A stretch of 64,000 bases of DNA from Lineus longissimus (GCF_910592395.1 NC_088308.1:2666001-2730000), one strand, 5' to 3'; positions 12,604 through 25,100 are shown, numbered from the stretch's first letter. Numbers and translations are program-made. The notes: generated by a model not told the origin, from the sequence alone.

Positions 12604-15189
12604 TTAAGCTTTCAGATATCCATACTGAAAACTATAGTTCCACTCCCAATCTTTGTTCCGAGCCCTTTGGCGCAGAACAGTCAAGAATGTACGACCACCA
12701 GGCCCTATCACTATATCAATGGGCAGCTTGTGGGAGCTGTCCATATTCGTGGTTCTCAAATATAAAAATAACCGGTACTGGCGACTCCTACAGACATTCT
12801 TACACTCGAAACTTGCCCCAACTGAATAACGCCGTATTAGTAAGAAAATACAGTTTTCTTCATCAATGGGGTAAGTCTCAGTTTCCCGCTGTAGAATGTT
12901 CTGTGCCTGGACTGTCGAGCTACTGAAAGGAAGTGAAACTGGAACCTTGGCTCTACTCAAATGCAACGAACACACACAAAGATGCAAAAGGACACCCTTG
13001 TCGGCACATTTTTCAAAACGACCATATTCCGTCATGCGTTTAAATGAGAGAAGTTGCATGCTCTCCTTTTGACCAACACTCGATTTGACAACAGAAAAGA
13101 AAACTTCCTCAGTTTTTCTTCCATCTGGCTCTTCGAAACCAACTCGTAAATCTAACCTAGTTATGACTGACCCGTCCTGTTCATTACTCTCCTGGACATT
13201 AGTAAAACTTTCTGCAACTAGCCTCTGACAAGAACCAAAACCACTTTTGGCAGTAGGATTAGCCTCTTTGTACTGAGCTTGAATTATGTTATTGAGGCTA
13301 CCAAGAGCAAAATCAGCTATGACAGCATAAACTGAATTATTTGAGACAGGGGTTCGATGACCTTGGCATATGCAAAGATGTGGAGTGAGATGGGGCATGT
13401 CCATACATGTTCTGTTTGGTGATACCACACTGAATAAACCATCAGGGTTCAAAAGATATCTGCTGTGTTCATCACCGACTGATGATGTATGATTTGGTAT
13501 CAAGGACTTCAAAGTGTAATGGAGATCCAACAAGCTAATAAGCCTATTCTGATTCGTTGCAAGGGCAGACAGCTTTTCGGCACCAAGTTTATGACGGACA
13601 CCTTCCGGAATGACTATGAAAAGTGATGCATGGTAAAGTTCAAGACGTCCCTCAAAAGTGTTCTCAACAAACGGACCATATGAATTGCCATGATCAGAAA
13701 ACACCACAGTCAACATGTTCTGATTTTGCAAGCTACTTTTTATATACTTGGCCAGCGGGTCATCCAGTGTTTTCAAACGGGAACCATATTCTTCATGACT
13801 GTCATCATTTGCATAGTAAGTTATGAAATTTTCCTTTGCAAGGCTTAACTTTCTCTGATATCTTTGAAGATACTCAAGGAAATACTGATTCATAGTGCGT
13901 CCATTGAAACACACCTTTGGAAGGTTGTGGAATGGGTCTTTTTTGCCATTAGCTCGGAGAATTTCACAACTTGCCAAACTAATGTCAGTATCATCTATAC
14001 CAGCTTTATCGAAAGCTCTCCTGAGGTGATGCCAAGTTTCTGAAATAGAGGATGATTTGTTGAGGACTAGCAGGTCTTTTGGAATCCCCCATTCCCATGT
14101 CCAACACAAATCCTCTAGGAACAAACTTCTGTAGCCATTTTTCTTCAACGGTTTTAGCAAAGTCTCGTAGGAAAGAGGTCTGTATGGTTTATCATAAGTT
14201 CCAAATGGTTTTTTCTTCACATCAACAATACCGGCAAATAGTGCTTCAATTGATTCAAAAGTCCTGGCCTTTATAGTTTGGAATAACTTGAAGTCAAATA
14301 CCCTACCCTTTAGTTTAGGCTCCCGATTTATTTTTTCAAATGTTCCCAGAACTTTTGGCAACGAACGATAAAAGTGATGCCTAGAGACTGAATCAAGAAG
14401 GATCAAGTTGATATCAATCAGACTATTCTGCCCCATTTGAGCTTGTTTTAGCTGTATTTGAACTTGGGGCGGAAGGACTAGTAACTGAGTAGCTTTATTG
14501 GAGTTGAAATAATCCAAGTCCTCATCATAGTCATAAGCATCGCGGGCAGGAACACCATTACGGACAGGCTTGACAGGTTCACAGCGTATAAAGCAGAAAC
14601 CAAAATGTTTTTTGTTATGTGTTGGATGAATTATCTCTGCTATCCTGTTTTCCAAACTTGTGGCAGTGGCAAACTTCATCCATTCTAAATGTCCATCTTT
14701 CTCATTAGTAACACCCAGTTCTAGCTCTCCTTTACACAACTTCTGCTTACAATCCACATGAAAGTCCCCAACAGAAATTTCTCTTATCTCACAGATGTCA
14801 TATTTTACCTGCTCTTCGTCACAACTAGCAGTATCCAAGTTCCCAAACAGTTTCTCTATTACAGAACATGCTTCAGCAGTGGGGATTGTCCTTTTACAAG
14901 AGACGTTACCAGAAATGCCTTGTGGCACATAGATTGACTTAGCTTCACACTCAAGACCAGTATTCGGATTCAGAGTAGATTCCTTTGCTTTCTTCCCTTT
15001 TATTATTCTAAGAATTTCAATAGTTTTACTATCTATTCCCTGAGAATAAGCTGTATCGAGTTTTTGAATGTTTGACAAGTGGGTGGTGTAATAGTTCAGA
15101 AGAAACCACAACAGCCATAACAGTAGAAACACTTTGAATAGCGTCAACTTGTGCTGTTTTGCAAAGCGTGCCATTTCCTCCACTGACAT
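12604..15189 (-). CDS. Intronless DUF229-family protein (alkaline phosphatase/sulfatase superfamily), predicted type II membrane protein, 861 aa
   Basis: Single 2586-bp ORF with a short basic N-tail, a hydrophobic anchor (LFKVFLLLWLLWFLL), a Cys-rich stem and DUF229-type motifs INLILLDSVSRHHFYRSLPK, ARTFES, SLFLED, KVCFNG, DSHEE, VVFSDHG and QNRLISLLDLHYTLKSL. Candidate acceptor at ~15324; polyA signal (AATAAA on -) near 12141. Confidence 0.85.
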   Translation of the reverse strand: MSVEEMARFAKQHKLTLFKVFLLLWLLWFLLNYYTTHLSNIQKLDTAYSQGIDSKTIEILRIIKGKKAKESTLNPNTGLECEAKSIYVPQGISGNVSCKRTIPTAEACSVIEKLFGNLDTASCDEEQVKYDICEIREISVGDFHVDCKQKLCKGELELGVTNEKDGHLEWMKFATATSLENRIAEIIHPTHNKKHFGFCFIRCEPVKPVRNGVPARDAYDYDEDLDYFNSNKATQLLVLPPQVQIQLKQAQMGQNSLIDINLILLDSVSRHHFYRSLPKVLGTFEKINREPKLKGRVFDFKLFQTIKARTFESIEALFAGIVDVKKKPFGTYDKPYRPLSYETLLKPLKKNGYRSLFLEDLCWTWEWGIPKDLLVLNKSSSISETWHHLRRAFDKAGIDDTDISLASCEILRANGKKDPFHNLPKVCFNGRTMNQYFLEYLQRYQRKLSLAKENFITYYANDDSHEEYGSRLKTLDDPLAKYIKSSLQNQNMLTVVFSDHGNSYGPFVENTFEGRLELYHASLFIVIPEGVRHKLGAEKLSALATNQNRLISLLDLHYTLKSLIPNHTSSVGDEHSRYLLNPDGLFSVVSPNRTCMDMPHLTPHLCICQGHRTPVSNNSVYAVIADFALGSLNNIIQAQYKEANPTAKSGFGSCQRLVAESFTNVQESNEQDGSVITRLDLRVGFEEPDGRKTEEVFFSVVKSSVGQKESMQLLSFKRMTEYGRFEKCADKGVLLHLCVCSLHLSRAKVPVSLPFSSSTVQAQNILQRETETYPIDEENCIFLLIRRYSVGASFECKNVCRSRQYRLFLYLRTTNMDSSHKLPIDIVIGPGGRTFLTVLRQRARNKDWEWNYSFQYGYLKA

Positions 15190-16020
15190 TGAAAGAAGCA
15201 GTCCTCAGTTTATTTCGGTTTAACATGGCATCGTGCCCAAAATTCCAACGAAAGAATCCCTCCTTCACGGCACTTATAGCATCATGTTCCATCTCTCAGC
15301 ATTAACACTGACATCATCAGATTCTAGACAAATATAAACAAGAAACGAAACATCAATTTCAGGAGTTATTATGATTTATTCATGAAAAAATGGATCTGGT
15401 GGACTGGGTGTTACTGGTGGTGCATTGTACGGTACCTCTTGCGCTTCATCTACAATACTCAATACTGATTACTGTCCTGACATTGAGAATAGCCTAGTAT
15501 AGATTGTCATGTCAAAATACCTCATCAACTATATTTATGGAACGAGTTTACAATCCCCGATCACACCCCAAAAAAAGGTCATCGGTTGACTAACCAAGCA
15601 CCACTGTTCAATGGATTTATAGTTGAATGCGATCAAACTACGTCATTTCCGATCGGGGATTCTAAAGTTTAGCCATATTTATAGCCCTAAACTAACTCTA
15701 ACAATAGAATAATGTATAAAGGCTCAGTAGATAAAACAGTAAACAATGTGATTAAAAGTGACAAGGATATAATGCCACACTGCAGTTCAGTTCATGAGTT
15801 TACACGTTGCCTAGACTTTTTGGGACACCCTGTCGGCCTGTGTCGTTGATGTTTTTATCAGTTTTATGACAAAAAGAACGTGATTTTCTCTGGATTTCAA
15901 GGACCTTTTCGTTATGTTATGAAGTTCAACATTAACTACACTTCTTAAGAATACAGAAAATGCTTTGATTGGGTAATCGAATTACGTAATGAAGCTACAA
16001 AACATGAAAAAGTATCTCAC

Positions 16021-16118
16021 CCCGACAAAAATTCTTTCGAGATAGGCGCCGACATTTGTAAATGTAATCGATAACGAGGCTAATCCATGCTTTTGGGCGA
16101 AGACGAAGACTGCGGAAC
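16021..16118. promoter_or_regulatory. Compact bidirectional promoter region (SAFB vs DUF229/TEDC2)
   Basis: CpG-rich segment. A minus-strand donor (CGGG|GTGAGA at 16020) lies <100 bp from the SAFB ATG at 16119. A YY1 motif AAGATGGCGG is at 16301 in SAFB intron 1. Confidence 0.5.
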
Positions 16119-19100
16119 ATGGAAGGAGCAAAGAAATTACCTGATTTGCGCGTTGTTGATCTTCGAGTTGAGCTCGAAAAGCGAGGGCTTGATAAAACTG
16201 GTGTTAAGGCTGTTTTGACCGAAAGATTACAAAAAGTGAGTTCTGAGAAAATGGTAAAAACATGGGCCGTATTTTCTTCCAAAATGCGAAAAAAGAAATG
16301 AAAGATGGCGGACCATGCATGCATTCGTATGCTGCTCGTACATCATGTACATGTCTTGATGTACTGTGCACTATGTGTCACTACACTGTATGGTAGCCTA
16401 CAAGTACAATACAAGGTGTTTTTTTTCATAAATTAAATGTCGGTCTACCGTACACCTATACCGGACCCGGCCTGGTGCATGTCAGAACATCGTGGCAACA
16501 AAGCTTTTTCTTGCTGCCCATCAGTCACTGAATGACTGATCAGAAGGTCAGGTGTTTGTTTATTTGTTGGTGTAGTGTTAGTGTTTTACTGTCAAATACA
16601 GGTAGGCCTAATGACTGTCGGTTACGAAACACCAGTTTTCTACAAGACATACAGAGCTCCGGCTCGGCCAGCACCATGTTAACGTTGCGCGATAGTCAAC
16701 AAATTGGTGTAAAGCTGTGGAGAGAACATGTACCTGCGATAAAGACTCAAGACCCCCAAGTCAACATTTCATGATTTTTAATTCCAACGTGATTGTTGTT
16801 CCAGGCCCTTGAAGATGAAGGACTTGACCCAAATGAGCATGCCTTTGAAGTCAGTGACAGCACCCCAACAAAAAAGCCAGCAACGCCGGTGGCTGCTGCA
16901 GGAAACAAACGATTAAGTAAGTATTTTGATGTTTACCGGTTCTCTCCTTGAGAAATGTGCAAAAATTAACTGATGAAAATACTTGTACACTGTTGTGCTA
17001 TGCTTTCTAATATCAATGGCAAACTCAAAGTAAGATGCTTGAATTGAAACAGAATTGGAGTTGTGATAATGATACACTACACTTAACAAATGATTCCTTG
17101 TTCACTGGTAACATTCTTGTTTTATCGTAACATCATGTCTGGAATGACTGTGTTGTCTCCCATCGAGGTGTTTCCGTTTGTGTACTGTTACTGTTATCTA
17201 ATCAGAAGTGCTTTCAAAATTACTCTAGTCATCTAAATTATGTTTCCCAGGAAATAGGTTACTGTCCATAGAGACAGGATGCTGGTTTGCTAATGTACAT
17301 TACAGGTGACCCATTATCAGCTCCTCGTAAACGGACCTTATCAGAAAATGAGCCAGTCATAAGTTATTTTTGGGAGACTTTGACCATCCAGCTTTACTTT
17401 AGAGAATATAAAAGTTGGTTGTACATTTTGTATATTCATTCCCGTGGTTTTTTTACTTCAGATACAAGAGCAGTCAAGAAAGATGAGGTTAGTATTTTAC
17501 TGCTTGCTATGTAGAGATCGCAATTTGGTGTGGGTTTTTTAAGTCGCTTTGTTAATCCTACAAGTTCCATGTTTGCTGTGTATGTATGTTAGATTGTTCC
17601 ATGTTGATGGTGAAGACCATTTGGTTTGCAGAGCTGTGACAGTGACTGAAAGACCTGCCTAAACTTCTGCTGATCGATGGAATCATATCCGTGCAGCGAA
17701 TTGACACCAAATGAAACATCAGTTGCGACTACCCCCCTTGCCTTCCTTCAAGTAGTGCCAAAACTCTTAGTCTTTGGAATAGGGAGACAAATTGGTGCTG
17801 CATGAACCTCCTCCCCCCCCCCCCCCCCTCCAAAAAAGTTGTTTGTTTTTACTGTCGAGTGAAAATGTGTTGTGATGGATCCTAATTGCATCTGCACATG
17901 CCCTGCCACACATCTGGTGTATATTAAACATTGTGGTTGACTTTAGAACCACCTGAGTGCAGCACTGTCATATGATATATGACTGTCACCAGTCATATGT
18001 TACTCTTGTCATAGCTTAGGCCTAGTATAAAGGCTGCACTGTGTAGGTATTGATCTGTGGTTGAAAGTACATACCTATGGTATAATGGTATGGCATAGCA
18101 ATGAAAGGCATTGATCTGGTTGAAAACTTGAACGCAGAGATATGCTGTTGTTAGGTATGTGGTTTGTAGGATTGTAGGATTGTGTGGTGGTATCTGTAAA
18201 GGACCGGTGCAATTTTGCAATTGTGTGATATTTCCATTGTGCAAAGCAAACAAGTTGATGATTTTGCAGAAGTTTACGTCCAGTCATTATTAGGTGCATG
18301 TAGAGCCTTTGTATCCTAATCCTGCAAATTGTGTCATTGACTGTTTGCTGCCCTCCCCAAAACCTCATCATTCAGTCGTTGCCAATTCTGATGATCCTCT
18401 CTCAAAACTGCAAATTTTCATATCTGCATGCACAATTGCCATAAAGTAGGTGCTTTGCACAGTATGAAAAAGTGCACAATACATTGACACAGGAACAAAG
18501 GTTTCTTACCCTCAGGCATGTTATTGGATAAACAATGAAGTTTCTGAGTTGGGAATAGGAATAGGATGAAAAAAGCAATGCTTTGAGAATTTTTATTTCA
18601 ATCACCAGTGCAGTATTTGAGAATCATTGTTGCTGATTCAGCTACTGCTAAACCAATTCTTTATCTTTGTGCATGACAGTTTGTTTCAGAAATGCCGATT
18701 CAGCATGTTTTTATTTTGTTTTGTTTCCAATTCCATATCTGATAAATAAAAGGTGCTTGAAAAATAACAGAGCCTCGTCATTGGCCACCATTGGAAACAG
18801 AGCCTCGTCATTGGCCACCATTGGAAACACTTCAAATTGAGATTTTCCTGCACTTCTCATTTTAGAATGGTGAAGACATTGAAGAAGAAATGGATGAGGA
18901 CGCATTATTAGACGGTCAGGAGGATGATCTAGACAAAATGCAGGTAGGATCTAACTCTGGAAAGAGTTAATTTATTGGCCAGGATGCTAATCAGTCAAGG
19001 GTTATAAAACTTTCTACTTTATTTTTAATGAAAGGTGTTATGAATAGAATTCTATCTAATTCTAATTCACTTGTTCCATTGAAATATGAAATAGCTTTCA

Positions 19101-22100
19101 ATTTTTCCCATAACACAATAAAAGTTGAAATGTGTATATTTATTCATAAGCTACTTGTTAACTGTTGACTTTCAAATGTTATGAATGTAAACACAAACAG
19201 CTGTTGCTTCTGCTTTCCACAGCATTTTCAATGAGATGTGTTTGACGATTCACTTGTTCTGCTGGTGTGAGATTTTTTTCAAGGTTCAATAACTGTGGAT
19301 ATTTATTCGTAAATCCACTTGTATATGCATGTAACTGTTGACTTTCAAATGGATTTAGTTTCAAACAGCTGTTGCTCCTGCTTTTGGAACAGGTGGCGTG
19401 GATCGCATTTATACTGAGAAGTCCACTAATGCTGCATATGATATTCACAGTTACGCTTATTGTGCCAAGTGTTCTTGTTGCACTCGGTGTGTATCTTGTG
19501 GTGAAAAATAAAGCTTCAGGTATGACGCATTTTCTTTATGGTTTTCAGATACTTGATGAGGATGATTTGGATGCCATCGAGCTAGATGAAGATGAGAAAT
19601 TTGACGAGGTAAGCAATATTCTATGATGAAACCTCTTGCAAACTGTGAACTTTTCAACTCCATTCACTCAGAAATAAGAACTTAACCTAATGTTTGTTGG
19701 CGCGAAACTTTGTATTCATTGACAGAAAAAACCCACCTATATGACTGGGAGGCCAGTTTCAGACTTAATGATGGTGCAGTGGAAGAAGGTCCGCCTAAAA
19801 ATGGAAATAATTGTACCCTTGCAGAAAGTTTTCAGTTTTCGTCAGCCTATATTCTTTACTATTTACAGGAAATGGCCGAGGCAAAACCTGACGAGACGAA
19901 AGCTGATGTTGTTGTGAAAGCAGGAGGTAAGACAGGTGCTGGGTACAGCCATTGAATTAAAACTATTGCACTGAAGGCAAGATTCAGGGGCTTAGGTCAG
20001 GAATGGTGGTCATTATTTAGGAGTTATTACACAACTTTTGTCAGGTACATGTACTAATATTGCACTGCATGTGACCAATCTAGTCTAGGTGTTCATACCG
20101 AAATGATGGTATGTAATAGCTAGGGTTAAGAAATGGCCTTACAGTACGTTTGATGTTACCCTTGTCCCCTTGAAAATGCCAGTGAAAGATGCACTTCAGT
20201 TCTGATGTTCAGCGGCGGTGCTGATGCGACGACTCTTTCCAACAATGTGGATACATCTCATGGCAGTGACAGAAAGGACTCCTTGCAGGGTATCAGTGTG
20301 GCATGTATTGCAGTTTTCTTCTTCTTTCAATGGATGCGTCTTGGCTGGTGGCGGAGACCTGTTGGCAATTTCGGAAAACGGGTGCATTGGAGATAACTTC
20401 GGAGAACTCTGACAGAATGTTTTGTTACGTCAAGCAACAAAGAAGACATAGACACTTAAAACTGTAACGTTAGTTGACCTGAACAGCTCAAGCAGGACTG
20501 AATATCGTCAGATTGATAACGTCAACGAGGCATTCTACAGGTTCAGTTGTTGGAGAACTGAGTGTGCTGATTTGTGAGTTGCAGGTATGCTGTGTTGATC
20601 GTGAGCAATTCGTCCATCAAGATTCTATTCGGCTTATCTTCGTAACTGCCATCATGCCACACTGATACTGATGACACCATCGAGAATACAAGCAAAACAT
20701 CCATCGATGCAGGACTCTCAAGGTGCCCTATGATTGACAGACAGGAGAGCACTACAATTTCATGGTGTAACATCCTGGCCACTCCCTCACTATGTTCTGT
20801 GACGTCTTTTTTTCTTCTGTTTATTCTTAGATCCATTCCAACCAAGCTTCTTTGTATGTGACGTGTATATTTTCAACCTGAGGAGTTTACAGAAGATCTG
20901 TCATGTTGTTGAAATAAATGCAAACGGATAGGAGTTGACCATCATTCCTGACATGAAAAAGCAAAAAAAATTCTGAAATAATTTCAAACTGAATAAACAT
21001 TTGACTTCTGATTTCATTCGTCATGATTTCTCTCCTGAATCTGCCTTCACTGGTATTCTAATCTCACTGCTATAGTTAAAGGTAAGTATTGAGTGGTCGT
21101 ATCATGGGTTAGCCTCACTTTCCTCACATTTAAAATATACCTCAACAGCTTTTCTACATTAAATTTCCCAGAAACAGGACAAGTCTCTTCCAACACTGTG
21201 ACAAAGGAGAGCCCTGTTAAAGTGCAAACCCCAACCAATGGTGAGACGAAAATGGAAAGCGATGAAGTCAATGCGAAACCGGAGGCAGAGACGGTGAAGA
21301 AGGACGACGCTACAAAAGAAAACAATGTTGTTTCTTCAAGCATATTAACGGTTCCTTCCCCGGACAGTGTTGCAGTAATTGCTCCACTAACGTCAGAGGA
21401 CACTGTCAAATTAAGCACGTGCGAGTCTAAAAATGACGATAGCGTTTCGTTAGTGGTCCACGTTGATGACCCTAATGACCTCGATTATGATCTGTTTGGT
21501 GGTAAACCAAAAACTGGCGAAAGTGCTGATGGCGAGGCGGGTAAAGAAGTTGAAGCGGCGACAACAGGGGGAGAGGCTGCAAAGTCCGAGTCTTCTACCA
21601 CTCCCGCAGCCGACGGTACCAGTGATGCAAAAGACGCTGCAAAAACGGAGGATAAAACTGATGAGAAGAAACCGGAGGAGAAAAAGTCAACAGAGGAGAA
21701 GGATGCGAAAAAAGATGAGGAGAAAGATGCCAAGTCCAAGAGGTTTGTCCTTCTCTTGTTTATGCTATGTTGCCAGGAAGAGGGTTTGTATATCATATCT
21801 ATGGAGAATTATCTGGTGCCTCAGGTAGAGTTTTGGTCTAAAATCATGGAGTAGCTTTTGATTGATAAACAGGTTTAGCGGGAATAAAACTAATTTTGTG
21901 AGTGAGAAACATGAAATATATTGTCTTTTGAAGACACATTTCTGGTGCCCATTACAATCAAATCACAATATTGATTGTTTTTTGACTGCCCCAACCCCCC
22001 TTCCCACATTCTGTGAAGACGTTGAACCGTACCACCTCAAGTGACTTGAGCTCTAAAGTCAGTAAAGATATGCCATCCCATCTGAAAAGTTCACTGAAGA

Positions 22101-25100
22101 AGTCCTGGTTGATCTGAGCGAGTCCACGTAACTACAGAATAGCCTCTGCTGCGATGATGCTGTCCGCGAGATGTTTTAGAGAAGCAAAGGGGACGTGACG
22201 TACCAATCGTTAAAACTACCATGTGGAGCTATGAGTGCCTTTTCTGTCTTCAACTGCCCATCAAGTTGGCAGTTCAAATATAACATAGTTTAACAAATTT
22301 CATGTACAAATAACCATCATGAGGGGCTGTATAGCTTGCTTGCCACAAGTTGATTTCAATTGCTTCTTTTTCCATAAAATACATCTGAAGGGAAATCAAT
22401 GTTGCAAACTTTGATATTGTCTCTCATTTCTAACGTAATTTTCTGCCATGGCTGCTGCCTCACATTAGTCATAAAAGTGTCTTTAATTACTTGGATCAGA
22501 ATGAAACTGCTGCAAAGAGAGTCTTCACTCTTCAAACAAGGTAGGTACTGAAAGATGCGACTGATCATAAAAGATTATTAATGACAGTGTAGTCTTTGTG
22601 TTGTAGGCACTTATCATTTTAATATCATGACATTTCAACCCATGTTTTGTAATTTTTGCAGCACTACTGCAAAGGATGCCAAATCTACCAAAGATGACAA
22701 AGGTAAGAACATCATTGACTTATCACTTGAAAAACTTGGGCAACCTGTGATGACTAGTCCATGTGGTACCGTCCTAAATCAGACTTAAGGGGGGACATGG
22801 GTCGGAAAATATGATTTTTTATTTCTGGATGGAATTGAATGAAATTTGCAGGGTGTACTCATGGGCCATCCCTGATTCCAAAAATACCACCAAATTTGGC
22901 CCACCCCCTTGGTTGCTAGGTTACGGCGGCCATCTTGAATTTGGACCCCCCAAACTACGCCACATAGTGACATACCTTCTTTATTTTATTGTTTGGGACC
23001 CCTGCAAATAGTTCAGTATGGTGTAGAAAGACCTGCTGTATGCATTCAGCTAGTTTACAGGGACTATTTGGAAGTTTGTACCTCATTTCCAGCCCAAAAT
23101 CCAAGGAGCAATTTTTTTGGGGGGGTGGCGCCACCTATTAGGCCTTAAGGGGTTTGTCGTTTGTATTTACTGGTTGTTCAGGAAAATAGGAATTTAGCTG
23201 TACACTGTGCCGTTGTGTAATTATCATTTGTTGTCAGTGATTGCTCAGTACTAGGCCTGGTGTCTTGGTGCCTGATGATTTGGTGTGTAGGATCACATAT
23301 GCTCTCTTGAGCCTCGTAGCAAATGCGTCTGAACTAGAGCAGATGCTGAGAGAAACATAATGTCATCCTGTCCTTTCCAGATAAGGGTAAATCTAATAGC
23401 AGCAGTGGGATCAACAATGGAAAGAACCTGTGGGTGAGCGGCCTGTCCAGTTCAACCAGGGCAACAGATCTCAAATCGCTCTTTAGTAAACATGGAAAGG
23501 TAAGTTTTTCATATCGACAACAAGTTTTTTCCCAATCTCTTAACAAATTCAAACACTTCTTGTGTCGCACAGAAGTATGTGTCTGAATAATCAACTTTTA
23601 AATCTTGAAAACAAAAGTGTGTTCTTGTATAGTTCGGGAGACATTTGTGATTTTCCAGGTACTCATTGAAACATACATATCATGATAGCGGTGATTGTTT
23701 TAGGCTGTGATGATCCCATGTTTTCTTTAGGTTGCTGGAGCCAAAGTTGTTACAAATGCTCGCAGTCCAGGATCAAGATGCTATGGATTTGTCATCATGT
23801 CATCAATGGAGGAGGCAAGCAAGTGCATCCAGCACCTTCACAGGACGGAACTTCATGGACGCATGATATCTGTGGAAAGGGTAAGTGTTGAATTTTTATC
23901 TTGGTAAGTTCTTCGCTGCGAATTGTCATGTTTTGTATGGCCGAATTAGGAAGCTTTTGCCCTATGCTGTTTTGCATAATCTACGACATATAGGACTAAT
24001 CTGGTGTTAACAATTTGACTATAGGTACCCTTGCTAAGTAGGTTTGTTGCTTTCCAGGCCAAGACGGACCCAGCCTCGGCTGCTGCCAAAGCGATGGGCA
24101 CCAGCAGCAGCAGCAGCAGCAGCGCTAGAAGAACGTCAGACAGAAGGACTGACACCAGGACAGACAGGAGAACGGATCACCACCATTCGTCCCGGAGTGA
24201 CAGCCACCGTCGCACCACAAGTGGAGGAGGTAGGACATCATCCAGAACTACGTCGTGTGAGTATCGGAGAGATACTTGTGCTTGCATGAATTTGATTTAG
24301 TAGGTTTTCTGCTCGAAGGCCCAACTTGTGTTTAGTGTGTTTCATGTTTCATGATCTGTAGTATTTAGTTCTACCGATTCAAAGGATCATGTTGGGTGAT
24401 AGTTTGCTCCTTTCATTAGGATGCTCATGTTATTTTTGGCCAATTTCTTGCAGCTCACTCTGGTCATCATACTCGATCATCAACAGATCCTAAGAAAATA
24501 GACAGTAAGGACAAAGATAAGGAGAAGGAGAAAGAGAAAGATACCAAGGAAGGTGACAAGGAGAAAGAGGAAGGAGAGAAGAAGGATGCTGAGAAGGAGG
24601 AAGAGACTAAAGATGAGAAGGCTGACACAACAACTGAAGGAGATAAGGTGCGTGACAAGTGTAATGTTTATAGTCTTAATTTCTTCCTCGCCTGTGTCCA
24701 GCTTGTGTTGAAGTAGTACTAAAGTAGCACCAAATTGGTCGGGTGTTTCCATCTTCAACATTCTAATTACCTATAACTGTGGGGTTAGAATGGTTTGTCT
24801 CACTGCATTTCCACACTGTGGGTATTTTTAGTTTACCAATGGCATTTGCACTTCAGGAGAAGACAGAAGAAGGGAAAGAAGCAGAGGGAAAGGTAAAAGA
24901 AGAGGAAAAGACCGACGAAAAGAAAGATGAGAAAAAAGAAGGTGATAAGGATGACAAGAGTAAAGATGAGAAGCGTTCGTCCTCGGCCAGGCGAGGTGGA
25001 TCATCTCGACGAGACAGCAGCCGGGCAAAGTCCAAGGATACGGTGCTGTCCTTTGAAAAGATAAAGGTGCGTTGTTGTCTGTTTCAGGACCTTTTTTCCA

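Noticed and set aside
19623..19680. Box C (ATGATGA) snoRNA candidate in a SAFB intron
   Set aside because: No properly placed box D (CTGA) or terminal stem, and it is too close to the donor site.
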